Virus genome (UHGV): UHGV-0136052
From: a virus
Strand: one strand, 5' to 3'
Length of the DNA stretch: 37,081 nucleotides
Of this stretch, positions 22,536-33,893 are shown in pieces; the first letter of the stretch is position 1, and every line of letters starts with the position of its first letter. The translations under genes were made by a program, and so were the position numbers. The notes beneath the pieces are model-generated. The model saw nothing but the letters and a program-made list of their open reading frames with translations, searched no databases and was not told the origin of the DNA.

Positions 22536-22804
22536 TATGGTTCACTCCAGTAATTCTCAATTGCAGCAGCCATTCTCTGCATCCACTCAGCCAGCTTTAA
22601 CGCGGCTTCTCTTTCAGAACCACATTTAGGGAAATCCTTCATTTCCATGCTGGCCTTATATGTTCTGAATGCCAGGTCTCCGGTAATAATCAGATTCTGA
22701 TCAAGCACCGAGCGTTTATTCCGGTGTTGAACGTAATAGACAGATTCAGTCCGCATTTCTTCTCTGTCTTTTTTGAAGGAAATAAGCTCAGAGAAATCAC
22801 TCAT
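22535..22804 (-). CDS. Hypothetical nin-region protein
   Basis: 89 aa ORF tightly packed with neighbours; no family recognised. Confidence 0.5.
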   Translation of the reverse strand: MSDFSELISFKKDREEMRTESVYYVQHRNKRSVLDQNLIITGDLAFRTYKASMEMKDFPKCGSEREAALKLAEWMQRMAAAIENYWSEP

Positions 22805-23009
22805 CGTCTTCTTCCTCGTACATTGAGCTATTCGGATCGCTCATCAGTTCTGCGCAGCAGTGCTCACACACGTGAACTTCCAGCACATGCAGCTTCTGAC
22901 CGCAGTTAGCGCACGTTAAAGCCCGCTCGACGCTTTCTTGTTCGTAACTTCGATTTGGGTCAATCACCTTGTTTTCCTCGCACGATGTCTTAGCCACCGG
23001 ATATCCCAC
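22797..23009 (-). CDS. ninF: NinF-like protein
   Basis: [44 protein letters not shown] matches recalled lambda NinF; start uncertain. Confidence 0.7.
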   Translation of the reverse strand: MGYPVAKTSCEENKVIDPNRSYEQESVERALTCANCGQKLHVLEVHVCEHCCAELMSDPNSSMYEEEDDE

Positions 23010-23146
23010 AGGTGAGCCGTGTAATTGAAGGTTTTTACGTCAGATTCTTTTTGGATTGGCTTGCGTTTATTTCTGGAGCGTTTCGTTGGAAGGTATTTGC
23101 AGTTTTCGCAGATTATGTCGGTGATACTTCGTCGCTGTCTCGCCAC
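22964..23146 (-). CDS. ninE: NinE-like protein
   Basis: 60 aa, ...[19 protein letters not shown]...[26 protein letters not shown] matches recalled lambda NinE. Confidence 0.75.
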   Translation of the reverse strand: MARQRRSITDIICENCKYLPTKRSRNKRKPIQKESDVKTFNYTAHLWDIRWLRHRARKTR

Positions 23147-23286
23147 ACGTCCTCCTTTTCCTGCGGTAGTGGTAACACCCCTGTTGGTGTTCTTTCACAC
23201 CGGAGACACCATCGATTCCAGTAAGGTTGATTTGGTCGGAAGCGGTTATCTTCTTTGCATTCACCGCACCGATAACATCGCATCAT
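23113..23286 (-). CDS. ninD: NinD-like zinc-finger protein
   Basis: From internal Met: [34 protein letters not shown]...; 57 aa as in lambda NinD. Confidence 0.65.
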   Translation of the reverse strand: MMRCYRCGECKEDNRFRPNQPYWNRWCLRCERTPTGVLPLPQEKEDVWRDSDEVSPT

Positions 23287-24155
23287 GCAGCTTCCCTCCC
23301 GAAGTCGAAATAAAGCTGCCCTCCAAATATTTCGCATGACTCAGAACAAGAGCCGGTATCGAATCTTTTAGCTCGTACCATGTCCTGATACAGGGCTTGA
23401 TAATCATTTTCTGAATACATTTTCGCGATACCATCCAGCGACATTCTTCCTCGGTACATAATCTCCTTTGGTGTTTCCCGATGTCCGTCACGCACATGCG
23501 ATCCCGTGATGACCTCATTAAAAACACGCTGCAATCCCTCCTCATCTTTGCAGGCAAGTCCGATTTTTTGCGTTGATTTTTTAATGCAGAATATGCAGTT
23601 ACCGAGATGTTCCGGTATTTGCAAATCGAATGGTTGTTGCTTCCACCATGCGAGGATATCTTCCTTCTCAAAGTCTGACAGCTCAGCAAGATATCTGATT
23701 CCAGGCTTTGGCTTTAGCCGCTTCGGTTCATCAGCTCTGATGCCAATCCACGTGGTGTAATTCCCTCGCCCGAAATGGTCATCACAGTATTTGGTGAAGG
23801 GAACGAGTTTTAATCTGTCAGTGCAGAACGCGCCGCCGACGTATGGAGTGCCATATTTCTTTACCATATCGATAAATGGCTTCAGAACAGGCATTCGCGT
23901 CTGAATATCCTTTGGCTCCCATACCGTATAACCATTTGGCTGCCCAGGCTCTGGGTTGATATCAACCTGCAATACAGTGAGCGGTATATCCCAGAACTTC
24001 ACAACTTCGCGGATAAACCGATATGTCATCGGGTGTTCACAACCTGTATCCATGAAAACGTAATGCACGTCTTCACCTGCCTGTCGCTTTTGCTCCATTA
24101 GCCAGAGCAAATATGCTGACGTCCTGCCACCGGAGAAACTAACGACATTTATCAT
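23283..24155 (-). CDS. ninC: NinC (PAPS-reductase-like fold)
   Basis: From internal Met [24 protein letters not shown]...; 290 aa as in lambda NinC. Confidence 0.85.
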   Translation of the reverse strand: MINVVSFSGGRTSAYLLWLMEQKRQAGEDVHYVFMDTGCEHPMTYRFIREVVKFWDIPLTVLQVDINPEPGQPNGYTVWEPKDIQTRMPVLKPFIDMVKKYGTPYVGGAFCTDRLKLVPFTKYCDDHFGRGNYTTWIGIRADEPKRLKPKPGIRYLAELSDFEKEDILAWWKQQPFDLQIPEHLGNCIFCIKKSTQKIGLACKDEEGLQRVFNEVITGSHVRDGHRETPKEIMYRGRMSLDGIAKMYSENDYQALYQDMVRAKRFDTGSCSESCEIFGGQLYFDFGREAA

Positions 24156-24592
24156 GCAGCCTTGTCTCCCCATCTTGCTTTCCACTCCAGAGCCAGTCGC
24201 GCTTCGTCTGACCACTTAACGCCACGTTCTGTACCGAATGCCTGTATAAGCTCTAATAGCTCCGCAAATTCGCCTACCCGCATCCTACTGGTTGACTGGC
24301 CTATTACCACAAAGCCAGTCCCGGCAAGGTTAGGAACAACGTCCTGCTGCTTTAAGGCTGCGGTAAACACACACTTCCAGCTTTCTGCATCCAGCCAGCG
24401 ACCATGCCATTCAACCTGACGAGAGACGTCACCAAGGCAAGCCCAAAGCTTTCGATTCTGGTCTAAGCTGCGGTTGCGTTCCTGAATGGTTACTACGATT
24501 GGTTTGGTTGGGTCTGGAAGGATTTGCTGTACTGCGTGAATAGCGTTTTGCTGATGTGCTGGAGATCGAATTTCAAAGGTTAGCTTTTTCAT
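24152..24592 (-). CDS. ninB: NinB recombination protein
   Basis: MKKLTFEIRSPAHQQNAIHAVQQILPDPTKPIVVTIQERNRSLDQNRKLWACLGDVSRQVEWHGRWLD... matches recalled lambda NinB, 146 aa. Confidence 0.9.
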   Translation of the reverse strand: MKKLTFEIRSPAHQQNAIHAVQQILPDPTKPIVVTIQERNRSLDQNRKLWACLGDVSRQVEWHGRWLDAESWKCVFTAALKQQDVVPNLAGTGFVVIGQSTSRMRVGEFAELLELIQAFGTERGVKWSDEARLALEWKARWGDKAA

Positions 24593-24665
24593 GACTTCCC
24601 TCTCCCCCAAATAAAAAGGCCTGCGATTACCAGCAGGCCTGTTATTAGCTCAGTGATGTAGATGG

Positions 24666-26042
24666 TCATACGTCAGCCCCTTGTGCATATCGTCTGCCAC
24701 GCGCAGCAGGTGCATTTGATGCTGTACAAATCTGTCTGGCTTCATCCTGGTCACATGCAACAAAGTGTCCGTTACAGAACCGCTGGTAAACCGTACCAAG
24801 TGAGCCAAAACGGTTTTTCGTCACGATGATTTCAGCAAATGGCGCGGCGCTACTGTTCTCGTCATATACCGCTTCCCGATAGAGCATGATGATTGAGTCT
24901 GCGTCCTGCTCAATGCTTCCTGAATCACGCAAATCTGCGTTTGTCGGGCGTTTGTTTGGTCGCTTCTCAACATCGCGTGAAAGCTGACTTAGGGAGATAA
25001 CAGGCGTTTTCAGGTCTTTCGCCATCGCCTTAAGGCTTCCGGAGATGTGAGCAATTGCGAGGTCGTTGCGGTCTGCTTTCGGCTTCTCAATCAGGCCAAG
25101 ATAATCCGCCATGATGAGTGACAGGTTTGGATTTTCCTGTTTGTGCCGTTCTGCGATTGAGCGAATTTCTTCGACAGATAACCGCGAGGCATCGACTACC
25201 CATACATCCAAATCTGCAAGCTGACTCATGCCGTTAGCAACGCGCGCCCAGCCTTCGTCATCCATCGATGCAGGATTTCGCAGCACGCTAACCGACATCC
25301 TCCCGGCGTTGGCAATGCTTCGCTCTGCAATCTGCAATGCGCTCATTTCCATCGAGAAAATCAATACTCCGCGCCGGACGTCAGAACCAGGAATAACGCG
25401 GCTTGCAACGCCTTCGGCAATCTTCAGCGCCAGTTCGGTTTTCCCCATACCAGGACGAGCGGCGATAATCACCAGGTCTTCCGCGTTCATCCCTCCGGTG
25501 ATGGCGTCAAGTTCTTCGATTCCGGTCTTCAGGGTATCTGACTCTTCTCCGTTCCTCAGACGCCTGTCAAGCGTGTCAGTGTAGTCAGTGATGATTTCCC
25601 CTAACCGTACAGGTTTAACCTCGTCACGGGGCTTTCTGATGGCTGAGAGCCGTTTTACAAGTTCATCCATCGCCTGACTCGATGCGTCGATGGTTCCGCT
25701 TTGGATTGGTTCACGCATTTCATCCATGATTTCCAGCACCAGACGGCGGTGATAGTTATCCGCGACCATTCCGGCATATCCCTTCAGGTTTGCGGCACTC
25801 GGGCAGTTTTTGCTGGTCATCAGGATTGACATGAAATGCTCCTCTCCGCATTCCTCAGCAACCATCAGCGCGTCGATTAGGTTTCTGTTTCGCGCCTGCT
25901 TGCGGATAACCTCGAAGGCTTTTCTGTAGAGCGGAATTGAAAACGCTTCCGGCTCCAGCGTTGCCAGAACGTCACTGGCGGTTGGAGTTAATCCACCAAT
26001 CAGCAGGCCACCGATAACGCTCGCTTCGATATCCTGTCTCAT
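24666..26042 (-). CDS. Replicative DNA helicase, DnaB family (P22 gene 12-type)
   Basis: 458 aa; Walker A ARPGMGKT; DnaB-like C-terminal domain; follows O-like gene. Confidence 0.85.
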   Translation of the reverse strand: MRQDIEASVIGGLLIGGLTPTASDVLATLEPEAFSIPLYRKAFEVIRKQARNRNLIDALMVAEECGEEHFMSILMTSKNCPSAANLKGYAGMVADNYHRRLVLEIMDEMREPIQSGTIDASSQAMDELVKRLSAIRKPRDEVKPVRLGEIITDYTDTLDRRLRNGEESDTLKTGIEELDAITGGMNAEDLVIIAARPGMGKTELALKIAEGVASRVIPGSDVRRGVLIFSMEMSALQIAERSIANAGRMSVSVLRNPASMDDEGWARVANGMSQLADLDVWVVDASRLSVEEIRSIAERHKQENPNLSLIMADYLGLIEKPKADRNDLAIAHISGSLKAMAKDLKTPVISLSQLSRDVEKRPNKRPTNADLRDSGSIEQDADSIIMLYREAVYDENSSAAPFAEIIVTKNRFGSLGTVYQRFCNGHFVACDQDEARQICTASNAPAARGRRYAQGADV

Positions 26043-26860
26043 GCAATCCCCCTGTCTGCAAACTTCCCTTCCCGAACTCCCGTTAACGAGTCTTCTCTCA
26101 GCAGGTAATCAAAATCAGCCGTCCAGCCCGTGTCGTTGTCTCCGAAGTAAAACGGCTTGGCCTGATGTACAAACGCCCTGACATACACTCTGAAACCGTC
26201 CACGTTTGGCGTTTTCAGTTGCGGGATGATTTTCTTCAGGCGGCGTTTGCGTTTCTCGTTGACCGCAACAGCATGTGGAAGTCTGTCACCGACTTCGGTG
26301 TTGTAGGCGTTCAGGAAGGATTCGTAGTCGATTCGTTCTGCCTTGCGACGTTCAGATTTAACCTGCCCATCGCCGCCCCCGTTAGGGGGTAAGGGGGTAT
26401 TTGTATTTATTGTCTTTTGTATATTGTCTTTTGTGTTTAGCTGACTTGGCTTATACCCATTAGCTGACTTGGCTAATGTTTTATTAGCTGTTTTAGCTAA
26501 TGTTAAGCTGTCCTGGCTAATCCACTGCGAAACCACCTTGTTCACTCCGATTTTCACGCCATCAGCAATGAGGAATTTACGCTCAATAAGCTGGCGCTTG
26601 GCAGCGCAAACATGAGTGTGATGAATACCTGTCATGGCTGCTATCTGCGTGTTTGTGAGTCGATCCATCGGCTTATTGAATCCGTATGTCTTGCGCATGA
26701 TAGCGAGCATCACCTTCAACTGCCGGACGGTTAAATCAGCCATCAGCAGACTGTCGGTAATCTCGTTAGCAACGCGCATGAAACCATCTTCGGTATCTGC
26801 CACGCGATGCTCCACGACCTCCAGTTGAGGCCTGTAATCAGCTAACTTAACGACGCCCAT
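26039..26860 (-). CDS. Replication initiator, lambda O-like N-terminal domain
   Basis: ...[36 protein letters not shown]... matches recalled lambda O N-domain; iterons inside gene. Confidence 0.85.
   Translation of the reverse strand: MGVVKLADYRPQLEVVEHRVADTEDGFMRVANEITDSLLMADLTVRQLKVMLAIMRKTYGFNKPMDRLTNTQIAAMTGIHHTHVCAAKRQLIERKFLIADGVKIGVNKVVSQWISQDSLTLAKTANKTLAKSANGYKPSQLNTKDNIQKTINTNTPLPPNGGGDGQVKSERRKAERIDYESFLNAYNTEVGDRLPHAVAVNEKRKRRLKKIIPQLKTPNVDGFRVYVRAFVHQAKPFYFGDNDTGWTADFDYLLREDSLTGVREGKFADRGIA
26395..26530. repeat. Replication origin: AT-rich tract with TTGTCTTTTGT repeats followed by about four approximately 19-bp iterons (TTAGCTGACTTGGCT-like) inside the O-like gene
   Basis: Direct repeats visible in sequence; lambda-type ori architecture. 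Confidence 0.7.
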
Positions 26861-27042
26861 GTTTCACTCCTGCTTTGGCTAGTCTGTAAACACCAACAAG
26901 GCGCTCTGCGAACGCCCTGTTATTTGCTGCGGCTACCACTAATCCCTCAGGTGAATCAGGGTGTCGAATCTCTTCTTTTTCCTGGTATTTCTTACGACGT
27001 TTTGTCATAATTACTCCTGTAGATTGATCCAGTCTTTCTACA

Positions 27043-27324
27043 TCAGGCCTCGAAGAATTCGCCGTTCTTCGGGGCTTTTTCTTTTGTCAGGTAATCGGCA
27101 AGCCGCTTAGTCAGTTCAGCCATTTCATCGTCTTCGATTCCGTATTCCAGAACAGCCAGCATCATGCTTACCTGCGAGAAGAAACCATTCTTCCATCGGC
27201 TTACCTGGTATTCCGGAACCCCCATCGCGCGAGCGAATGTCTTCTGCCCCATCAGTGCCAGTTTGTTCAGCAAGGCTGACTCGATGCGAGCCGCTTTCTT
27301 GCTTTTAGTTGCAATAGTACCCAT
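27043..27324 (-). CDS. cII: Lysogeny activator cII
   Basis: ...ARIESALLNKLALMG...QVSRWK...FSQ.SMMLAVLEYGIEDD.MAEL... matches recalled lambda CII. Confidence 0.85.
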   Translation of the reverse strand: MGTIATKSKKAARIESALLNKLALMGQKTFARAMGVPEYQVSRWKNGFFSQVSMMLAVLEYGIEDDEMAELTKRLADYLTKEKAPKNGEFFEA

Positions 27325-27400
27325 ACATAATTTCCTTAATGATTAGATAGAGTTGGCTTCGCAAAGAAACGCAAAACCATAGAGATTTTTTTCTGGTAAT

Positions 27401-27432
27401 GCCCTTTTTCAGGGCGGGGATGTATAAGAGCG
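27401..27432 (-). promoter_or_regulatory. nutR: boxA CGCTCTTA and boxB GCCCTGAAAAAGGGC (read on minus strand)
   Basis: Exact lambda-type boxA/boxB motifs between cro and cII. Confidence 0.8.
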
Positions 27433-27440
27433 GGAATGTC

Positions 27441-28793
<1,353 letters not shown>

Positions 28794-28874
28794 TCCCCAC
28801 CTCAATCTCAGTAACCAAAAAACAAACTATTTTCCGTTTAAAAACAATGGAGTTTGTTTTTTGTACCTCCATTT

Positions 28875-28911
28875 ACAGTATTTCTTGTTTACAACATACA
28901 ATCTTTCTTGT
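28875..28911. promoter_or_regulatory. OL operator region / PL: 434-type ACAA-N6-TTGT-like sites
   Basis: acagtatttcttgt and acaatctttcttgt upstream of nutL and N. Confidence 0.6.
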
Positions 28912-28955
28912 AATTTTAAGCCATCAGCAGGACGCACTGACCACCATGAAGGTGA

Positions 28956-28986
28956 TGCTCTTAAAAATTAAGCCCTGAAGAAGGGC
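28956..28986 (+). promoter_or_regulatory. nutL: boxA-like TGCTCTTA and boxB GCCCTGAAGAAGGGC
   Basis: Matches recalled lambda nutL almost base for base. Confidence 0.8.
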
Positions 28987-29096
28987 AGCATTCAAAGCAG
29001 AAGGCTTTGAGTAGCGCGAAATGCAGCTGCAAGACAGCAACCGTGGGGATAAGCATCACGGCGCGTTACTCAAAGCTAACTGACAGGAGAATCCAG

Positions 29097-29423
29097 ATGG
29101 ATGCACAAACACGCCGCCGCGAACGTCGCGCAGAGAAACAGGCTCAATGGAGAGCAGCAAATCCACTGTTGGTTGGGGTAAGCGCAAAACCAGTTAACCG
29201 CCCTATTCTCTCGCTGAATCGCAAACCGAAATCACGAGTAGAAAGCGCACTGAATCCAATAGACCTTACAGTGCTGGCTGAATACCACGAACAGATTGAA
29301 AGCAACCTGCAACGTATTGAGCGAAAGAATCAGCGCACATGGTACAGCAAGCCACGCAGTGAAATGGGTGTGACTTGTGTCGGTCACCAGAAAATGAAAT
29401 TAGGCAGCAAACCACTTATTTGA
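29097..29423 (+). CDS. N: Antiterminator N, lambda-type
   Basis: From internal Met: MDAQTRRRERRAEKQAQWRAANPLLVGVSAKPVNRPILSLNRKPKSRVESALNPIDLTVLAEYH... matches recalled lambda N. Confidence 0.92.
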   Translation: MDAQTRRRERRAEKQAQWRAANPLLVGVSAKPVNRPILSLNRKPKSRVESALNPIDLTVLAEYHEQIESNLQRIERKNQRTWYSKPRSEMGVTCVGHQKMKLGSKPLI

Positions 29424-29431
29424 GGTGATAT

Positions 29432-29518
29432 ATGGAAGAAGAATTTGAAGAGTTCGAAGAGCATCCGCAGGATGTGATGGAACAATACCAGGACTATCCG
29501 TATGACTACGACTATTGA
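29432..29518 (+). CDS. Very acidic 28-aa peptide (MEEEFEEFEEHPQDVMEQYQDYPYDYDY), possibly lambda orf28 equivalent
   Basis: Short ORF between N and ral overlapping ral start; too short for the ORF track. Confidence 0.3.
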   Translation: MEEEFEEFEEHPQDVMEQYQDYPYDYDY

Positions 29519-29702
29519 TAAAAATCAATGGTGTGGACAATTCAAACGATGCAATGGATGCAAGCTGCAATCGGAATGCATGGTTAAGCCTGAAGAAATG
29601 TTTCCTGTAATGGAAGATGGGAAATATGTCGATAAATGGGCAATACGAACGACGGCAATGATTGCCAGAGAACTTGACAAACAGAAAAACAAGGCTGCCT
29701 GA
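29502..29702 (+). CDS. ral: Restriction alleviation protein Ral
   Basis: MTTTIDKNQWCGQFKRCNGCKLQSECMVKPEEMFPVMEDGKYVDKWAIRTTAMIAREL... matches recalled lambda Ral, 66 aa. Confidence 0.9.
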   Translation: MTTTIDKNQWCGQFKRCNGCKLQSECMVKPEEMFPVMEDGKYVDKWAIRTTAMIARELDKQKNKAA

Positions 29703-29838
29703 TGGTGGCCTTTATTTTTGGCATAAACAACAGAATAAACACTGCACTGTGTATTCATTCCAACGAGTGAATACACGGAGCAATGTCGCTCGTAACTAAA
29801 CAGGAGCCGACTTGTTCTGATTATTGGAAATCTTCTTT

Positions 29839-29865
29839 GCCCTCCAATGTGAGGGCGTTTTTTTT
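29839..29865 (+). terminator. Rho-independent terminator (GCCCTC-CAATGT-GAGGGC followed by T8)
   Basis: Perfect 6-bp GC-rich stem plus 8 T, just upstream of RBS of next gene. Confidence 0.75.
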
Positions 29866-29878
29866 GACGGAGTAAACG

Positions 29879-30127
29879 ATGATAAAAACTGATTACCCTG
29901 CAGAGCTTAAACAAAAAGTAATAACAGCAATTAAATGCTCTTTTATCTCATGTCGTACAGATGAAGAACGATATGTCGTTGAGTGTGCAATTGTCGAGTT
30001 TCTCACAGCGATGGAATTTACCGCTGCAGAATCAATAGATGTATTAAAGCAATCAGACGGAAATGATATTGAAACGGATGATGTTATTGACCGACTAATA
30101 AAATCATTCGAAGAAGAAATAGAGTAG
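29879..30127 (+). CDS. Small acidic hypothetical protein (82 aa)
   Basis: ORF with GGAG RBS after terminator; acidic C-terminus DGNDIETDDVIDRLIKSFEEEIE; no family recognised. Confidence 0.55.
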   Translation: MIKTDYPAELKQKVITAIKCSFISCRTDEERYVVECAIVEFLTAMEFTAAESIDVLKQSDGNDIETDDVIDRLIKSFEEEIE

Positions 30128-30210
30128 CCGCCTGAGCGCGGCTTTACCGCATACCAATAATGCTTCACGAGAGGCATTTTCGTTATGCAATCAAATATAA
30201 GGAGTTACCC

Positions 30211-30345
30211 ATGATGCACTTTCAGCTCGCGGGTAGCGGCGTCATGTCCGCTTTCTACCCGCACGAATCTGAATTATCACGCCGAGTTAAACAATTAATC
30301 AGAGCAGCAAAGAAACAACTGGAGGCGTTATGCGCAATGAAATAG
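30211..30345 (+). CDS. cIII: CIII-like small protein (44 aa)
   Basis: AAGGAG RBS; amphipathic ESELSRRVKQLIRAAKKQLE resembles CIII central helix; position before kil. Confidence 0.4.
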   Translation: MMHFQLAGSGVMSAFYPHESELSRRVKQLIRAAKKQLEALCAMK

Positions 30346-30482
30346 CCATTAATCACCAGATGCTTCGTGCTGCACAGAACAAAGCAGTAATAGCCCGATT
30401 TATTGGTGATTCAAAAATGTGGCTTGAAGCAAATAAAGCGATGAAATCAGCTATCAACCTTCCATGGTATCGCAGGAAATGA
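30330..30482 (+). CDS. kil: Kil-like small protein (50 aa)
   Basis: Motif IARFIGDSKMW resembles recalled lambda Kil (ATFIGDEKMF); position after cIII-like gene. Confidence 0.45.
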   Translation: MRNEIAINHQMLRAAQNKAVIARFIGDSKMWLEANKAMKSAINLPWYRRK

Positions 30483-30637
30483 GTTTTACAGATAACTGGT
30501 CAGACGAAGAATTCATTCGTCAGATGAAAGAATTAATCGGTAACGAAGGAGATATGCATGCCACTTGCAACCACAGTGAAGGAGAGCAAGTTACAGAGAC
30601 GCATGTACACGCAGAAAGCTCTCTGGTATCGCCATAA
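30479..30637 (+). CDS. Small hypothetical protein (52 aa), ATGA-coupled to kil-like gene
   Basis: Short ORF filling gap before erf. Confidence 0.3.
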   Translation: MSFTDNWSDEEFIRQMKELIGNEGDMHATCNHSEGEQVTETHVHAESSLVSP

Positions 30638-30738
30638 TGGCGACCGCGAAGGAATGCGGGTATGTCTTAATTTGTCCCGAGTCGAAGTATTAAATCAGCG
30701 TTATTTCCTTGGGTCATGTCCATTCTGAGAACAATCAT

Positions 30739-31344
30739 ATGAGCAAAGAATTTTACGCAAGACTGGCAGCTATTCAGGAGAATCTGAACGCGCCAAAGAA
30801 TCAGTACAACTCATTCGGTAAATATAAATACAGAAGCTGCGAAGATATTCTTGAAGGCGTTAAGCCGTTACTGAATGGCCTGTTTTTATCAATCAGCGAT
30901 GAAGTTGTGTTGATTGGTGATCGGTATTATGTGAAAGCCACGGCAACTATTACCGATGGCGAAAACAGTCATACGGCAACCGCTCTTGCACGAGAGGAAG
31001 AAAGCAAGAAAGGAATGGATTCTGCACAAGTTACGGGAGCTACAAGCTCTTATGCACGCAAGTATTGCCTCAATGGTTTGTTCGGCATTGATGATGCGAA
31101 AGATGCAGATACCGACGAGCATAAACATCAGCAGAACGCAGCAGCAAAGCAATCAAAACCATCACCTACACCTGAACAGGTTCTAAAAGCATTCACTGAC
31201 GCAGCAATGCAGAAAAACACCGTAGAAGAGCTTAAACAGGCGTTCGCCAAAGCGTGGAAGATGCTCGAAGGTACACCGGAGCAGCACAAAGCGCAGGACG
31301 TTTACAACATCAGACGAGACGAATTAGAAGGGGCAACTGCTTAA
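30739..31344 (+). CDS. erf: Single-strand annealing recombinase Erf
   Basis: MSKEFYARLAAIQENLNAPKNQYNSFGKYKYRSCEDILEGVKPLL...GATSSYARKYCLNGLFGIDDAKDAD matches recalled P22 Erf. Confidence 0.85.
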   Translation: MSKEFYARLAAIQENLNAPKNQYNSFGKYKYRSCEDILEGVKPLLNGLFLSISDEVVLIGDRYYVKATATITDGENSHTATALAREEESKKGMDSAQVTGATSSYARKYCLNGLFGIDDAKDADTDEHKHQQNAAAKQSKPSPTPEQVLKAFTDAAMQKNTVEELKQAFAKAWKMLEGTPEQHKAQDVYNIRRDELEGATA

Positions 31345-31727
31345 TGGCACACTCGATTACTGTAAGACTAAACAAGCCAGCAAGAGAGTTTCAGGCCGGG
31401 GAAAATATCGGATTCAATATCCGTGCTGGCGTTCAGTATTACGATCGCCAGACAAAAAAGAAAGAATGGACAAACTACAGCGCCGTTGTATTTGCCAAGC
31501 CGGGAGCGCAAGCGGATTACTACCGTAGTATTCTTGTTGAAGGTGGCATTGTAGAAATTACCGGAGAAAACATCAGGGTTGATGTTTATCAGGGGCAAAA
31601 TGGTCAATCAATCACTCTTGAATTACTGAATGCAAAGATTGGATTTGCAACATCAGGAAACTGCCAACAGCAACAAAGTAGCAATCATCAAAATCATCCT
31701 GAATACGATGATTCAATTCCCTTCTAA
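31344..31727 (+). CDS. ssb: Single-stranded DNA-binding protein-like (short SSB with acidic DDSIPF tail)
   Basis: From internal Met overlapping erf stop; C-terminal ...PEYDDSIPF typical of SSB tails. Confidence 0.6.
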   Translation: MAHSITVRLNKPAREFQAGENIGFNIRAGVQYYDRQTKKKEWTNYSAVVFAKPGAQADYYRSILVEGGIVEITGENIRVDVYQGQNGQSITLELLNAKIGFATSGNCQQQQSSNHQNHPEYDDSIPF

Positions 31728-31750
31728 ATTAGCAATATAAGGATTCCATT

Positions 31751-32044
31751 ATGCCAGCGCCTATGTATGGTGCGGATGACCCGCGCCGCTGTTCCGGCAA
31801 ATCAGTATCGGAGGTGCTGGATAAATTCAGAAAAAACTACGACCTGATAATGTCGCTACCGCAGGAAACGAAAGAGGAAAAGGAATTTCGTCATTGTATA
31901 TGGCTTGCAGAGAAAGAAGAACGCGAGCGAATTTACCAGACATCAATCCGACCATTCCGTAAAGCCACATATACCCACTTCCCTGAAATTGACCCACGCC
32001 TGCGTAATTACCGCTCACGCTATGGCGCTATCAGTAATGACTGA
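31751..32044 (+). CDS. Hypothetical early protein (97 aa)
   Basis: ORF in early-left operon; no family recognised. Confidence 0.5.
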   Translation: MPAPMYGADDPRRCSGKSVSEVLDKFRKNYDLIMSLPQETKEEKEFRHCIWLAEKEERERIYQTSIRPFRKATYTHFPEIDPRLRNYRSRYGAISND

Positions 32045-32219
32045 GGAATTTACCATGAGAGGACTTGCATACAATCCCGGCATTCTTCCGGCAGAAATGA
32101 TTATTCGCCAACGCGTAAAGCCAATGCCATCGAGAGAGGAATTGCTTAAGAGAAATTCTTTTCCTTCAGTGAATCAAAACAAATATCTGAATGCGATGTG
32201 GCGGAGTGGGAAGAAATGA
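32041..32219 (+). CDS. Small hypothetical early protein
   Basis: Short ORF, start approximate. Confidence 0.25.
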
Positions 32220-32923
32220 AACAAATGTCACTAATTGAGATGGATGGTTTTCTGAAAGGTAAATGCATCCCACGTGATTTAAAGGTTAACGAAACAAACG
32301 CTGAATATCTTGTCCGTAAGTTCGGTGAACTTGAATCAAAACTCAACGAGCAACGCGAGTATTACGAGGGAGTAATCGCGGATGGAAGTAAGCACATAGC
32401 AGAACTGGAAAAACAATGCGCCGAATGGGAGCGAAAAGCATTAAGCAACTTTGAAGAGTGTGCTGCGATGGCTGAACGTATCGAAGAGTTGCAGACAAAA
32501 TCTGCACCAGATTCGTTTGGCATCATCGGTGAAAATATTCGAACACAGGATAATCGAATAACGTCAGACCCTATGTTTTGTGTGTATCAAAAGCGCGAAA
32601 TCGTTGTTGATGCTGATTATGACTATGACCGGATTGTCTGGGTTGATGAAGATGGCAATGAAGCAAATAAACGCCAAAGTCGTCGTCTCGAACTACTTCA
32701 TGAAAACTTTCGAGAACCACCAGAAAAATGGCGGCGCGTTGCTGTGAAAGATATTGATGAGTTCGTTACTTGCTGTTTCACCGAACAGGGGTGTAAAGAC
32801 TACCTGGCAGCCAATGGTCACAATCTTCGCTTGCCATTTATATATGTAAAAAGCGGTTTCAGAAACGCTGAATATATCGGCATCAGAAACTGGCTTGCTG
32901 GCATTCGCATCAAAGGAGAGTGA
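32198..32923 (+). CDS. Ead/Ea22-like early protein with coiled-coil region
   Basis: 241 aa, coiled-coil N-half and C-terminal region typical of ea-type prophage proteins. Confidence 0.5.
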   Translation: MAEWEEMKQMSLIEMDGFLKGKCIPRDLKVNETNAEYLVRKFGELESKLNEQREYYEGVIADGSKHIAELEKQCAEWERKALSNFEECAAMAERIEELQTKSAPDSFGIIGENIRTQDNRITSDPMFCVYQKREIVVDADYDYDRIVWVDEDGNEANKRQSRRLELLHENFREPPEKWRRVAVKDIDEFVTCCFTEQGCKDYLAANGHNLRLPFIYVKSGFRNAEYIGIRNWLAGIRIKGE

Positions 32924-33115
32924 GGTGAACGGACAAATATCAATTATTCGCCCTGGCGCTTGTGACGAAGAGATAAGGCTGATTATCCGCCTTGCGATGG
33001 GTAGAACAATAGCTGCTCTCATTACTCCAGAAAATCTCGCATTAGCATTAACCGGAAAGTCAGACCTGCCAGTAGAGCTAAAGCTGCGAAATGTTGAGAT
33101 TAAGGTGAAATAGCT

Positions 33116-33832
33116 ATGACCACTATTACCAAAGAACGTGCGGAGATTAAATCATTCATCAATGGTTTCCTGAGCGACCGGGCGCACGATAACCAATCTT
33201 CAAACAGCCTGCTTGCCAATGTGTTTCGTATCGCGCTGGCATCGCTGGTAGCAGAACCGGTGGCATATCAGTATCGCCAGTGGGATGCAGAATATGATGA
33301 ATGGGGAGAATGGGAAGATTGCGGGGAATATGCTTTCGAAAGATTTGTTGAGGAAGAGAAATGCCAGGGGGCAGGTGTTCAGACCCGTAAGCTATACGCC
33401 ACGCCGCCAATGCTGGTAGTGCCGGATGAACGGGCTGCCTATGAGTTATTTATGGAGAAGCATTTCGGGGATTCTGTAGATCGCCGCAGGGCAAAAAATG
33501 GCGATAGCGAATACATGGCATGGGATATGGCGATTGGCTGGATTATCTGGTGTCACCGCGCCGCTATGTTTCAGGCCGGAAACTTTCGGGAAAATAAGAA
33601 TTCGTCAACCAGCTCCCCGGCAACTAAGGATGGTTGGATAAGCTGTAGTGAGCGAATGCCGGAAGAAACGGGTGACATTATTGTTGTTTCGGATGGCATT
33701 GTAATGTCCGGGATTTCTTATTCTCGTCGTGACGGGTTCTATATAGCCGCATTGGAGTACGACGACGATGAACCAATTGACGGAGTAACCCACTGGATGC
33801 CTCTACCAGAACCGCCGCAGGAGGTGAAATGA
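33116..33832 (+). CDS. Early protein with DUF551-like C-terminal domain
   Basis: C-terminus ...VTHWMPLPEPP typical of DUF551 prophage proteins. Confidence 0.5.
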   Translation: MTTITKERAEIKSFINGFLSDRAHDNQSSNSLLANVFRIALASLVAEPVAYQYRQWDAEYDEWGEWEDCGEYAFERFVEEEKCQGAGVQTRKLYATPPMLVVPDERAAYELFMEKHFGDSVDRRRAKNGDSEYMAWDMAIGWIIWCHRAAMFQAGNFRENKNSSTSSPATKDGWISCSERMPEETGDIIVVSDGIVMSGISYSRRDGFYIAALEYDDDEPIDGVTHWMPLPEPPQEVK

Positions 33833-33893
33833 TGCTTGGCCTGAAGTATTTTATGTAATTGGTATTGCTATATTTTTATCTGGGGATAAACGA

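Noticed and set aside
26395-26530. Direct repeats that might be mistaken for a CRISPR array
   Set aside because: The repeats are short imperfect iterons without regular unique spacers and lie inside the O-like gene; this is replication-origin architecture
29525-29914. 129-aa minus-strand ORF
   Set aside because: It is antisense to ral and the adjacent terminator, and its product is low-complexity with no start context; probably spurious
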